Shown: piece by piece, positions 1 through 12,559 of the stretch
Layout of the letters: each line of letters begins with the position of its first letter
Position numbering within the stretch: position 1 is the first letter of the stretch
Assembly: GCF_009914755.1 (NCBI RefSeq)
Contig: NC_060932.1
Strand: one strand, 5' to 3'
Length of the DNA: 64,000 bases
DNA from: the human T2T-CHM13v2.0 reference genome, Homo sapiens
The notes under the pieces: generated by a model
Told to the model about the DNA's origin: nothing
Databases searched by the model: none
Seen by the model: the letters and a program-made list of their open reading frames with translations, nothing else
Position numbers and translations under genes: made by a program

Positions 1-706
1 GGGGCTGACCCCCCCACCTCCCTCCCGGATGGCACGGCTGGCCGGGCGGGGGGGCTGACCCCCCACCTCCCTCCCGGATGGGGCGGCTGGCCGGGCGGGG
101 GGCTGACCCCCCCCAACCTCCCTCCCGGACGGGGTGGCTGCCGGGCGGAGACGCTCCTCACTTCCCAGATGGGGTGGCTGCCGGGCGGAGAGGCTCCTCA
201 CTTCTCAGACGGGGCAGCTGCCGGGCGGAGGGGCTCCTCACTTCTCAGACGGGGCGGCTGGACAGAGACGCTCCTCACCTCCCAGACGGGGTCTCGGCCG
301 GGCAGAGGCGCTCCTCACATCCCAGATGGGGCGGCGGGGCAGAGGCGCTCCCCACATCTCAGACGATGGGCGGCCGGGCAGAGACGCTCCTCACTTCCTA
401 GATGTGATGGCGGCTGGGAAGAGGCGCTCCTCACTTCCTAGATGGGATGGCGGCCGGGCGGAGACGCTCCTCACTTTCCAGACTGGGCAGCCAGGCAGAG
501 GGGCTCCTCACATCCCAGACAATGGGCGGCCAGGCAGAGACACTCCTCACTTCCCAGACGGGGTGGCAGCCGGGCAGAGGCTGCAATCTCGGCACTTTGG
601 GAGGCCAAGGCAGGCGGCTGCTCCTTGCCCTCGGGCCCCGCGGGGCCCGTCCGCTCCTCCAGCCGCTGCCTCCCAGGCGGCGCTCGCCGGCACGGCGGCA
701 AAGACT
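1..706 (-). mobile_element. SVA_F1 (MAST2-SVA) retrotransposon, 5' part: VNTR (~1-581), residual Alu-like domain (~582-617), MAST2 exon-1 segment (618-706); continues off the left edge
   Basis: GC-rich SVA VNTR units; minus strand reads GCCTTGGCCTCCCAAAGTGCCGAGATTGCAGCCTCTGCCCGG; no CCCTCT hexamer, replaced by MAST2 sequence. Confidence 0.95.
618..706 (-). other. MAST2: Captured fragment of MAST2 exon 1 spliced to the SVA Alu-like domain (not a functional gene copy)
   Basis: Minus-strand translation [29 protein letters not shown] matches the MAST2 N-terminus as I recall it ([29 protein letters not shown]); ends GAGCAG and joins CCGCCTGCCTTGGCC of SVA. Confidence 0.92.
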
Positions 707-808
707 CTGTTTTTGTTTTTGAGAGGGAGAGTTTCGCTCTTGTTGCCCAAGCTGGAGTGCAATGGTGCGATCTCGGCTCACTGCAACCTCTGCCTCCCGG
801 GTTCAAGC
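707..808 (-). mobile_element. 5'-truncated Alu right-arm fragment (AluSp/Sq-type 3' end)
   Basis: Minus strand ...CCAGCTTGGGCAACAAGAGCGAAACTC plus A-rich tail abutting the MAST2 segment. Confidence 0.88.
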
Positions 809-908
809 CTACTATTTTCTTCTAAGAGTTGTTTAGTTTTAGCTGTTACCTTTAGGTCTTTGATCCATTTTGATTTCATTTTTGTATGTAAGTTAAGGGT
901 CCAACTGC
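809..908 (-). mobile_element. Old L1M ORF2 fragment
   Basis: tttaggtctttgatccattttgatttcatttttgtatg resembles antisense L1 ORF2. Confidence 0.6.
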
Positions 909-1025
909 TTTTTTTTTTTTTTTTTTTTTTGAGATGGAGTCTCGCTCTGTCGCCCAGGCTGGAGTGCAGTGGTGCGATCTCAGCTCACTGCAAGCTCCAC
1001 CTCCCGGGTTCACGCCATTCTCCTG
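909..1025 (-). mobile_element. 5'-truncated AluY fragment
   Basis: Poly-T followed by AluY-diagnostic gcaagctcc(a)cctcccgggttcacgccattctcctg. Confidence 0.9.
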
Positions 1026-2394
1026 AACATAAGCTATTTTTAAACATTGACTTGGTATATGAATATAGGAAAGTGACATCACTATTCTGTAATCCCATTT
1101 GAAATGTTAACCTTTTCAGTTATGGATGAGAATTAGGAATAAAAAGTAAAGAGTGGGATGCATCTTCTAGTTCTTAACAAATGTTAATTAAGGCTTCTTG
1201 GCTGCAAAGCAAGCATTATGAAATGTGAAGCTTTCTTAGGAATGATAAGCTTGAAAAAATCACCATTATAACCAGAGCAGTTTGAGGCTGAACTTAGTAG
1301 AAGATTAAAATTTCCTTTTAAATCATCCTAAATTTTAAAACTATATCATTAGCATGGTATTATCCATATGCTTTCCTCGACTGTTTAATTACAGAGGAGG
1401 CAGTTAAGCAGATCAAGAGACTCTATTAACAGACAAACCCAAAAGCAAATATGATGAAATGTAATTACAGGGAGTAAATGATCTGGAGTCTCCCAGAGCC
1501 TCCCAGAACTCTAAGAATATTCTAAACATGATTTATGCCACCACAAAGTGAACCCATACTTACCATCCATTTTCCCCACAATCTGCTTCCTGTACTAGAT
1601 AGAGAAAGCACACACATTCAGATAAAATAACTGTCAATTTGCACAATGATATAGGACTTTTAAAGCCACTTCCTGCTTCCTACTCATAGGATTTTATATT
1701 ATACTTGGTAGCTCTAGAAAGGTTTTATTTCTATAACCTATAAAATGATGGCCACACGCATGACTAAGATGCCAAGACCCCTAAAATAGTGAGGGAAATG
1801 CTAGAGAATTAATGTGATTCAGGTACTTGAAGGAAACGTCCAGTCATCCAACTCATGGCATTCAAAGGTCATATAATTTGAAGGGCTAGGACTGGGCTGG
1901 TGCTGATAGTTAGGGATCTCCAGCAGTGACATATTCAGGTAGATAGACTCACAATTCCATGAAAATCTGTCTGATTTGAAAAGTAGTCTCTACAAACACA
2001 GGGTAGGCTTCAATTTATTAGATGTGGTGGTATCTTGAATACAGGGCACAACACTGAAGAAACAATTCCTCAATTCCTACATGGCTTCTAGGTATAAGGC
2101 TCTTATGCAGCAAGGCTTGGTGTGAATTAGCTCATGCTCTGGATAGGAGTTGGTCTATAGGCAGATTATGGAGTACTCAGAGTTGGGTGGAGCTGGAGAT
2201 GGACAGAAAGAACTAAAGAACAGTAAAATTAAAGCTAAGTCTTCTGTTTACAAAGGGGAAAAAATCTTTGTTCTAGACTCAATCCGGTCAAATATAAACA
2301 TACTGGATTTTTATTTGCTCCTCTTTCTCATACTCCACTATATTCCTATAATTCAAACAGATTCAACAAACGTGTAATAAACTCTGATTTTCAA

Positions 2395-2570
2395 ACACAT
2401 TCACATGTTACTTAACCTTTACAACTGTCTCGTGAGGCTGCTTTTATAACACCTGTTCGTGGTTCACAAAAAAAAAAAAACTGAAGCACAGAAAGATTAC
2501 CCTAAATCACAGTTAAGTAACGTCAGAATCAGAATCTGTATGCACATCACTGAAATCCAAGTTCATAACC
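2395..2570 (-). mobile_element. MIR fragment
   Basis: aactgaagcacagaaag...aaatcacagttaagtaa resembles the antisense MIR core. Confidence 0.55.
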
Positions 2571-3078
2571 ATGATATAAATGGTGACTTACATCTGCATA
2601 GCAAGTTAGAATTCTTAAACCACCTTATCAATCCATAATCTCATTGATCCTACTAGTGATTTAGTCAGGAAGAAACCAAGATATATATTAACCGTATCTG
2701 TTATTTCATTGCCTTCTGCCTAGTAGTGTGCCATGCACATAGAAGGCACTCCATAAAAGTTTCTTGACTTTCAAGTCCGAAAGTTAGAGGTTATCTAATT
2801 GAAAATTATATTTTTAAAAACTTCCTTTTGGTATAAAATGAACTTCTATGATAGTATTAATTTCGGAGTTTCCTGGCTAAGAAAAAGAGTATTTGAAATA
2901 GGGTTAGAGTCCATAAAATACCATCTTATAGTCAAAATACATTATAATTTTTAAATTTTCTTTTCAATGCACCAGATAAATATATAAGCTTCAATATAGG
3001 CCATCAGAGGATTAAGAAGAAAACCTTGGGTTTCAGAAACATCAGCTCAGTTTTGAGTCATCTTCTGATAGACTTTCT

Positions 3079-3370
3079 TTTTTTTTTCTGAGACAGAGTT
3101 TTGCTCTTGTTGCCCAGGCTGGAGTGCGATGGTGCACCTTGGCTCACTGCAATCTCCACCTCGCAGGTTCAAGTGATTCTCCTGCCTCACCCTCCCGAGA
3201 AGCTGGGACTACAGGCACGCACCACCATGCCCTGTTAATTTTGTATTTATAGTAGAGATGAGGTTTCTCCATGTTGGCCAGGCTGGTCTCGAACTCCTGA
3301 CCCCAGGTGATCCCCCTGCCTCAGCTTCCCAAAGTGCTGGGATTACAGGCGTGAGCCACCGCACCCGGCC
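3079..3370 (-). mobile_element. Full-length AluSp-like element
   Basis: Alu dimer; 14-bp TSD CTGATAGACTTTCT at 3065-3078 and 3371-3384. Confidence 0.95.
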
Positions 3371-3847
3371 CTGATAGACTTTCTAACGCACATCTACATA
3401 GAACACATTTCTCTTCTGACTTGTTCATCCAATTTGCTCTGTTCCTTTATTGTAGTAGCTAATGACCAGTTGTAAGTATGTAGGTATACTCGTTAGGTCT
3501 TCCAGATAACACAGACCTAACTTATTTGTCAAATGATAAAAAGAGGAATAAATGAATAGCTTAATGGTTGGATCAATGACTAATAAACTCGTGCATATCA
3601 TTTGTGTTCATTGTGAACATATACATATTCCTATACATGTATATTATATGTACATATATTTGTGCATTACATATAAGCATACACTTAAAAGTAGAATACA
3701 AAAAAAGTGTGTTAATTGTACTAATATCAATGAGCTACCTTATGCTTCCATTATTATGATTGTTATGTTTCTAAAAAGTTTAGCTTAAATTGCTTTCACA
3801 CATCAGTTTTAAATGAAAAGGGTGAGGTTACAATAAACATGATAGTA

Positions 3848-4150
3848 AAATCATAGGATATTAAAATTGGAAGAGACCATGAGGTTTCCCTAATTCATCT
3901 ACTTACTTGAGAATGTTTTGTAATGTATACTGGGAAAATGGCTGTTTGTTCACTATTTAAATAATATGTTCATCCCCATCAAAGGCAGCCTGTTCACTAT
4001 AGGGCATTAGAAACTTATTGCTCACATTGAACCAAATCAGTCTGTTTGTAGCCCTCACCTGGTGGGTGTAGTTATCTATTAAGAAGGAACACAACTTCTC
4101 TATATTTTATACAAGGATTTTTCTTAGTTTTCTATTCAACAATAAACTTT
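3848..4150 (-). mobile_element. L3/CR1 fragment
   Basis: ggcagcctgttcact...agaaacttattgctcacattgaaccaaatc resembles the antisense L3 3' region. Confidence 0.5.
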
Positions 4151-4434
4151 TCTATTTCCTTTACTCCTCAAATATCATTTATTATATAAATAATTTGTTT
4201 AAAAATTATTTTTATGAATTAATAATTACTTTATAACATACTTTATATGTTTGTCTATGAAACAAACTAATTACAAGTTTGCAATTACTTCAAAATATCT
4301 TCTTCATGCTAATCAATGAAATCTTTAAATCTTTAAGAGGCTACATCCTATTCTTAAATTCTCCTTATTCTTTTTAATTGTAGATTTTATTCTTTTTAAA
4401 CCGCACATTCTTAGGGAACCCTTTTTATACTTTT

Positions 4435-4980
4435 CTCAGGGCTCAGGGTAGCAAGCAGAAACCACCACATGTGTTTTTAAGAAGAAAGATATTTAAAACA
4501 GAAATAGCTGCTTGTACACTTCCTGGAAAGACCTGAGGAATAGTCTCAACAGTGGAATGACCTGCTAAGGTAAGCATTCTAAAGTGACACAGGAAGGGAA
4601 AGGATAGCCCACTGCTACTGAGTTCAAGAACAAACTGCCGTGGCTCTGATCAAGATCAGGAAGCTGCAATCAAGAAATCAATGCCAATGCCAGCACCTCT
4701 GCATGGACACCGGAACTCAGAGTCCTTCCTCCTCTGCCACCACAGCTGATTTTCAAGATCATGAAGCTGGAGAATGGACACCGATTCCTCCACAGCCTTG
4801 CTTCCCAGCAAGAAATATTCCAAAGGCTCTAGGAATATGCCCTCTACTACAATTTTGCCTTCAAAACTTGCATAAGTGCATTGAATAAGTGAGAATTAAC
4901 TTCCATGCGAACCTGAGTTTGACGAGAATGTTGGAAAGGTAGATTCCAGCCTTCTATGTTCAGCAGCATAGGCTGATACC
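4435..4980 (-). mobile_element. Degenerate MaLR LTR (MLT1N/M-like)
   Basis: caggg...gcaagcagaaaccac start and MLT1-like internal motifs; highly diverged. Confidence 0.4.
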
Positions 4981-5134
4981 CTTAGAAGATGGTGAGAATG
5001 AATCCAAAGTGCCAACTGTTCATATCCTGAGAAATACCTAAGCTTTCAGTATTGCTAGAAAAATGCAACTAACTTTTATTAATTATCAGATATATTATCA
5101 GATATATTTGATATTTATCAAATATCAGATATAT

Positions 5135-5280
5135 TTGAAGTATTATGTTAGCCACTTTGTACACACAAGTTCATTCAATCTTCAAAATCCTGTTGCTTAT
5201 CATCATCATCGTTTTGTAGAAAACAATACAGGCTCAAAGAGGTTAAGTAATTCGTTCAGGTCCACATTGCTACTAAATGT
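5135..5280 (-). mobile_element. MIR fragment
   Basis: aggctcaaagaggttaagtaattcgttcaggtccac. Confidence 0.6.
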
Positions 5281-6682
5281 TGACCCCACGGTCTCATTTG
5301 TCCCTTCTTCCTTCAAGTTCAAAAATATTTGTCTTCCATCTTTTTCTTTTGAGGAAGAACTTACTTAGAGTGTTGTAAAGCATCCTGAGCCATCACTGGG
5401 CAGTTTGAACTGTTATAAAGTTCTTTATTATTACTGTACCTAAACCTCATTTTTCTACACTCCACTCCTTCGGAACAAATTCAATGATTCTAGTGTACCT
5501 TGTACAGAGTAACACTGTGTGTGGATGTGTGCTTTATCAGTTTTACTCTTTTTCTTTCCTTTTTTGGATGTTCTTCCAGACTACTTTGAGCTAGGATTAC
5601 AATTAATGCTATAAATAAACAAGCCCCACTAATGTTTTCAGCCCAAGTCCATGTTTACAAGACAACTCTTTATTATGAAGTATGGTTGTTCTTAAGTTAT
5701 CCAACCAAGGCAAGGCAAACGTATAAGGGAATTCGGGGAGACAATGAGTATAAAACAAACCATTGATTTCTTTTGTAAGTTATTCAGAGAAGATGTATTG
5801 TATCTATTAGAGGTTATAGCCCATTGCACTGTAAGCTTTTCCAAGAGAGAAAGAAACAACAACAATGATTTGTTCCCTGGAGAAAAGTATGCCCACCAGT
5901 GACTGGTAGAATGAGCCACATGATCACACTCCTTTTCTCCCTGCAATTACAGTACAACAAATGTTCTAAACTAATCAGCAGACAAATGACTGTTACAATC
6001 TGCTTCAGCAGCCTACATTTCAGAGCGAATATTTAAAGCCTTGGTCTTTTCTAGGCAAATTCTTTTGAACTTCTGTCCTAAGCACAGAGCTGTTAACAGT
6101 TTCCCTAGATAAATAAGATCCTGATGTGATGGTAATACCATCACTGTGATATATTTATTGTTCAATTTTCCTAGACCATTTCAGGCAACGAGTTTATAGA
6201 GCAGTCATATTATTGCTTATGTGCAATAGGCTAGCATACGTTTTTTACATGCTTGTCACCAACAAGAAGATGCTGTTTCATTCTTTTGTACTAGAAATTG
6301 TTATTCTCTTTAAATTGGGGAAAAGTAAACAATAGAGATGAAGAGCTCTTGAGTTGGTAAAGGAGAGTTTCCCAAATCACCCTGTTCTGTTCTTTAGGTT
6401 TACAATCCATTTAAATTCTCCATTACAAGTATATATCCTTACAAGTATATAGGTATATAATACAGCTCAGTGAAATTAAGTGACTAAAACCCATGCTGCC
6501 TGATACTGAGATAGCCAGTCTTGCATAGAGAAGCTAGAGTTAAATGGCGTCCATGCGTATCACCAAAGGAAAATGTGAATATTGAGAGCTAGATCTGCAT
6601 GAGTTTAAATTTCAGTGAGAGCTTCCACTATCCCAGAATTCTTGATATTTTTATTGGGTTAGGAGAAAAATAAACTTTAAAG

Positions 6683-6708
6683 GTGTGTGTGTGTGTGTGT
6701 GTGTGTGT
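6683..6708. repeat. (GT)13 microsatellite
   Basis: Directly visible. Confidence 0.95.
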
Positions 6709-7561
6709 AAAGTGGAAGAACAGAATTCACAGAATAAAGCTTCAGCAGAATATGGAGGTGCTAACTGACAACTCTGAGAAAAGGAAGCTCAAGGGACACT
6801 AAAAACAATCCCATCTGCCTTTGTGAAAAAGTGAATCTGAATGAAGGAGCAGTCAGGTTTCAATGCTCCATGAGCCAGAAGAACCCCATCTCTGGTGCCT
6901 GGTCTCTGAGAACACTTAGCAGTGACTGGATTCCCCCTATACATGCTCTCTCCATTACTCCAGTAACTGGAGCCAGCTTTTATGGCATGAGAAGAGCGGC
7001 ATCCAGGGTAAAGCTGTGCTGGGTCCCACACTAGCTGGGGACTTGCAAATACCATTTGACATCTGTTTTTGCTCTGTATAGCATGCTCCTGTGTGTATAT
7101 TTCTAGTATACGCTAGGGTTTAGTATCTGCTGTTGGGATAGGGGAGACACTTCTGGTGAAAAAAAATAAGAATGAATTATTTAGGGAATTTCAGAGGTAA
7201 GCTACATAAGCAAATGTGTATACATATATATATAATAGAGGTAAGCTACATAAGCATATACACTATATATATATATATATATAATAGTTCTCTGGCTTGC
7301 TGAAACAAAATAAAAGTTAAATAATTAGCTGTAGAGAAAAAAGAGCTCCAGAATTGGTCTAGGGATCTAGTTGGAAGGATCCAATGAACAGTTATTTCAG
7401 GACACCATGGATGAGATAAATCTATGATGGGATTTCAGCATTTGTACCACTCCATTTAAGGAGAAAGCATTTTATTGATGTAGCTTGGACACCCAGCCCA
7501 CCCGTTTTCTGGAAGAGGTCAGGCCAACTTGATTGTCTTTCCATGGTACTATGGTGTAGGG

Positions 7562-7788
7562 CAAGCTTATCCAACCCATGGTCTGTGGGCTGCGTGCAGC
7601 CCAGGATGGCTTTGAATGTGGCCCAACACAAATTTGTAAGCTTTCTTAAAACATTATGAGATTTTTCTCTTTTTTTTTCATATTTTTTTCAGCTCATCTG
7701 CTACTGTTAGTGTTAGTGTATTTTATGTGTGTCTCAAGACAATTGTTCTTCCAATGTGGCCCAGGGTATCCAAAATTGGAAACCCTTG
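7562..7788 (+). mobile_element. MER30 (non-autonomous hAT-Charlie DNA transposon), full length
   Basis: caagcttatccaaccc...ttggaaacccttg termini; 8-bp TSD GTGTAGGG/GTATAGGG. Confidence 0.9.
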
Positions 7789-9859
7789 GTATAGGGGGAA
7801 TCCCTCAAGTGACACACAATGCACTGAATAAGAAAAGGGGTAAAGGATGCTAGGTAGAAACAGAGAAGACATCATGGTCATTAGAGGAGTGGAAGATATG
7901 GTACTTAGTACAGATGAGGCAAGAAAATAAAAGCAAAACATAAAAACAAAAGGAAAAGATGAAGTATAAAGAGAAAACCAAGAAGACAAAAAGAGAAATA
8001 AAAGAAAATAGCTGGAAAAGTAGAAAAGAATAAAGAGGAAAAAGCCATTGAAAAGAGAACCATTTACTCTAATCCTTGGTCAATGACTGACATCAATATT
8101 ATTACTTTCTTTAACTGAAGAAATTGAGGTTTAGTGAATATGAGTGACTTGCTAATAAGCACACAGAGTAGAGCTGGCAGAATTGGTCAAAACCAAGAGT
8201 TTTTCTATTGTAGAATTTTCCCCTTGCAATCATCTTTTTGTCCAGAGACTATGAAAGAGATCTCCACCAAGCCCAAAAATGTTTTAATAATCAAAGAGAA
8301 TTACCCATTTTTTACAGTTATTGTGTACTAACTGGAAGGCAGGCCACACTGGTCAAAAGCCAACTCAATTCAATTCTGTATTAAAGGACAAGCCATGTGC
8401 TGCTGAATTACAGGGACAGGGAAGTCAGATGTCAAATTGGGAGGGGCTAGAGGGAATCAATGCAGTAGATTTTTAAGACTGAGTTCTCCAGGTGGCAGCC
8501 AGCAGAAATAGCCTGTTTCTAACTTAAGGAAATTTATAGCCCTAGGGGACTGCATATCAGAGGTTAACTCACATACATGTCACAGGTTAATGCTATAAAA
8601 CGGTGGTTTGGAATCAAGAACACAACTGGACATGCTCAATGTGCATATGGCAAAATGCTACAAGATGCCATTAATATATTGAATGAAATAATCAGAAACC
8701 CAATGACTTCTACATCCAAAAAAAAAAAAAAAAAAAGAGCCAACTATTAAAAGGAAGCATGAAGTAGGGCTCTCAGTAATGTCCTAAAATGAGATCTTCC
8801 AGTTTTGGGTCTTAGAGAAATCCAAGATCCATATGCACTCATGGTGTAATATCGCTACCACAAAACTAATTTAAACTAGGCTTTCAACTAAAGAAAACAA
8901 ATGTCCACAATTAAGGAAGAAAGAGTCTACCACCCTTGCAGGAGTCCTGTTAATTAGCTACAGTTACGTCCCTTAAATGATTTGAACAATAACACCCTTC
9001 TGGTGTCATAGCACTTTATCTCCTTAAAGTGTGATTTCCAGCCAAGTACCTAGAATTGAATGAGAGTTCTCTGTTAGGAAGAGCAACACAGAAGAAGAAG
9101 CTACCATGAGCATAAATTCAACCTGGAGGAAGTCTGATTTGCTGCATTTTTTCGGGGGCTACAGTTGGTCTTCAAGCACCTGGGATGATTGAATTGGTTC
9201 TGTGACGTCTCAGCTGCCCTCCTGCTAATGTTGAGGGATAATCTACACATATTTAGAAGAAGAGACCCAGAGAAATCATGTCATCCAACTCCATGTTTTC
9301 TGAGAAAATAGAAAATCGAGGAGAAGTTGCTTCCTGACCACTGTAGAAACAGAGGCTAGAATTTTGGCTAACTTGAAATTCAGTGCTCTATTACTTCACT
9401 CTTTCAGCAACATCCTCTGCCTTGAATGTACAGCCAACTACCTGGTTATCGCTTTTTCTGAATACAACCAAACATATACGTGTGACTGGCTTCACAGATT
9501 AACCAAGCAGAAGTCAACACACCAGATTTCTTGATTATATTACAGAAATTCTTCTCCTGTTTAGCATATAAAGGCACTCTCTCTATTTCATCAGACTATA
9601 CTCAATGCAGATTTTCTACAAATGTCCCAGGCTCCAAATAAACCTGATTATATCCAGTGGAATATAGGTAGTTTATCTAATGAAAAGCAGGTAGGGAAAC
9701 TAATGGAAATCAGGAAGCCATTTTAAAATAAATGAATTGGTTTTGTTTCCTTTGGGTTTCGATTTCAGCAGAGGTAATATTTGGAAAGCCACCTTGATCT
9801 CTGTAAGGCTGCTTCCTGCTGTAAAGTATTAATGTGTCCCCATCTCTTATTCCACTTGC

Positions 9860-10165
9860 TCTCTCCCCAACCCATTTATCTGCCTAGATCTCTTTCAATA
9901 TTCAAAACTTCTCTTAACTGTTACTACTCCAAGAAAGCCTCCCTGGTCCTCTTTGAGTAGGGCAGAACTTCCTTTCAGACCCTCCCATTTTCCTTCAATG
10001 GACTTGCTTCAGTTTTTGATTTTTATGTAGTAGCTATATTTAGTAATTAATGTTCCTTTTTGTTTCCCCAAGATTACAGTCCATGGGAGGAAAAAGACTG
10101 CATATCTCTAGTACAGCACTATCTCCCCAGCACCTAGCACAGTTCCAGGAGTAGAAGCAGTTTCA
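9860..10165 (+). mobile_element. L2 3' fragment
   Basis: tatctccccagcacctagcacagttccagg is typical of the L2 3' end. Confidence 0.6.
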
Positions 10166-10170
10166 TATAG

Positions 10171-10463
<293 letters not shown>

Positions 10464-10719
10464 TCAATTAATATGTATGCTTAGACACATTTTCTTTCAA
10501 GCAATAGAAAATTGTGTCTCACAGCAAATTTATTGCTTTTATTTTTTAAATTAAAAAGATTAAATCACTGCAGGTAAGTAAGTAGAAAGATCAATGATAG
10601 ACCCAGTCACAAAATATTTATAAAGCCACATATTTTGAAGTAATGTTTATTCTATGTATTTATCTTTAAAGATAACATTTATGTATGAGGGATATTAATA
10701 AGAGTTATTTCAAGAAGAT

Positions 10720-11290
10720 TTATTTATTCAGCCACTCCGTCATTCAACATTTCTTTGGTAACTTATAGTGTCAGGCTTAATATTGGGCTGCTAAAAATAC
10801 TGAAATTAATAGACTTGCTTCCCATATTTGGGAGCTCACAGTTTGCTTTTGCCATGGAAGAGTAAATTAATCATAATAATAGCAGTTGATGAGGGTACTA
10901 TAGGTCCTATACTATAGGTACTATAAGTCCTATAGATAAGGGAGGGCAGAGATGGAACATGGACGAGGGTCCCCCTCCATCATTCAGTCTAGAGGTAGAA
11001 ATGAAGGTCAGCTATTTCCATGAACAGCTGATGCTTAAGAAGGGTCTTGAAACACAAAGGAGAGTTGTTATGGTTGAGGAGGGAGGGGTGTTCTAGGCAT
11101 GATGAAAGGCAAGGAGGATGAGGAAAACTTGGAAAATCCTATGATCCATAAGCTTGTTGGTATGAATTAATTCCAAGGAGATGTGTGGTGTGAAGAGAGA
11201 AGAGAATAGAAAGGGAACTAAATCTGACAGAAATCTCTGTGCCAACATGATGATGATCTTTAATGTGTGTGTGGCCATTGGTCTGGTGCT
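10720..11290 (-). mobile_element. L2 fragment (appears to run across the 11157 duplication boundary)
   Basis: cattcaacatttctttgg...ggagctcacagttt...gtgttctaggca...ggccattgg is collinear with antisense L2; the distal part is weak. Confidence 0.55.
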
Positions 11291-11960
11291 TGCTCGATTC
11301 CATCGGTTTCTTTCAGCATGCAGTAACAGAATACAGCATAACTCTATGTAGACACTAATGTCTGGTGAGCAAAAGCATAAGAACTTAGTTCCATTTAATG
11401 AGCACCTAAAATGTGGACATTCAGTCATAATCCTCACAACCACTGCAAGGTGGCTGGTATTTATCCTATTTTACCAAAATAGGAACTAAGATTCGGGTAA
11501 GTTACACAAGATTCTTGAGGTCACACAGTGGGTTAGGGACAGGGCAAGAAAGAAATCTCAGGTTCATGGTAAATCCAAAACTCATGCTCCCTTTTCTTCT
11601 ACTCAGTGGTGATGAGTCAGCATCACACTAGGGATGGTTCTGATTACTCTAGGCTAAATCTGAATACATATTTGCTTTATTTAATCAGCCTACACAGAGG
11701 TTTCTTTTCAGCACAAAGAAGGGCCATTTGAAGCCATCCAAAAATAATTCCTTTTTTCTTTTGAGAATTAAGTTATTGGATCACCCTAATAAAAGCAAAG
11801 CAACAAAACAGAAAGATGTTCAGATTTTTCTCTTTTAAAACTAGGATCAAACAACATAAATAATCCATGGAAGATGCAGGATCCAACTAACCTAATGTCT
11901 TCCAAGTTGATCTTCTCTCTTTCTAAACTGGTTACTTTCTCACATTAATTATATTTGGCA
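11157..11960 (+). repeat. Arm A of an ~800-bp inverted duplication (partner 13848-14663); contains a MIR at ~11390-11590
   Basis: Manual alignment to the reverse complement of 13848-14663, ~95% identical. Confidence 0.97.
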
Positions 11961-12354
11961 CTGCCTCCCTCAATGCATCCATTGGCAGTGCATCCACTGA
12001 TGGCACTTAAAATGAAGAGCCTCATGAGGTCAGGGATGTGGGATAATGATTTGAACTATATTCAACTTTGGGAGTTCAAACTTTTTAAAATCTGCCAACC
12101 TCACAATTGGGATTAAAAGGCCAGAAGATCTATCATAAAAGAAAGTGAGCCTGCTAGAACTTTTATCAATTCACCAACAGGGCCTGAAGACTGGATGGAA
12201 GCAAAGGGGAGGTGTGATACAGGGAATAGTATTAACAGCTAGCACTTGAATATAGGTTGATCAGCTCTCCTAGTGGGATTTGTAAGTAGTTAAAGAACAA
12301 GGTATGATCATTAATTTTACATGTCAACTTGGCTGGGCCATGGGGTGCCCAGAT
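11961..12354 (+). repeat. Segment B, direct duplicate of 14713-15433 without the L1 insertion; ends ~50 bp into an MLT2 LTR
   Basis: Manual alignment, ~94% identical. Confidence 0.95.
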
Positions 12355-12415
12355 ACACTGAGGGAGGCAGAATGTGGGCTCAGTCACCACCAGACTCACT
12401 TGTTGGTGATATCAA
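12352..12415 (-). repeat. Segment C, 64-bp inverted duplicate of 14668-14731
   Basis: gatacactgagggaggcagaatgtgggctc...gatatcaa matches the reverse complement of ttgatatgacc...ctcaatgtatc. Confidence 0.9.
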
Positions 12416-12559
12416 ACTTTGGATTCTGACCCAGCCAGGATCCCTGTTGTATGAAATCTTAAAGTCATAGAGTTTGAGTGCTAAAGGGATCTTACAGGAC
12501 TGATGTCTTCTGTTCCCTTAACCAATGACACATCACAGTCTTAATTAGAAGCTGAATTG

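Noticed and set aside
1-581. Repeat array superficially like a CRISPR array
   Set aside because: SVA VNTR with degenerate units and no unique spacers; eukaryotic context with no cas genes
78-1102. Long overlapping ORFs (up to 322 aa), including an Alu-MAST2-SVA chimeric frame at 471-806 (-)
   Set aside because: Open frames are expected in the GC-rich SVA VNTR and Alu; the chimeric frame starts at a non-ATG codon inside an Alu and nothing supports translation
10490-10580. Perfect splice donor CAG|GTAAGT at ~10573
   Set aside because: Upstream acceptors are weak and the interval is very AT-rich; isolated donor motifs are common by chance
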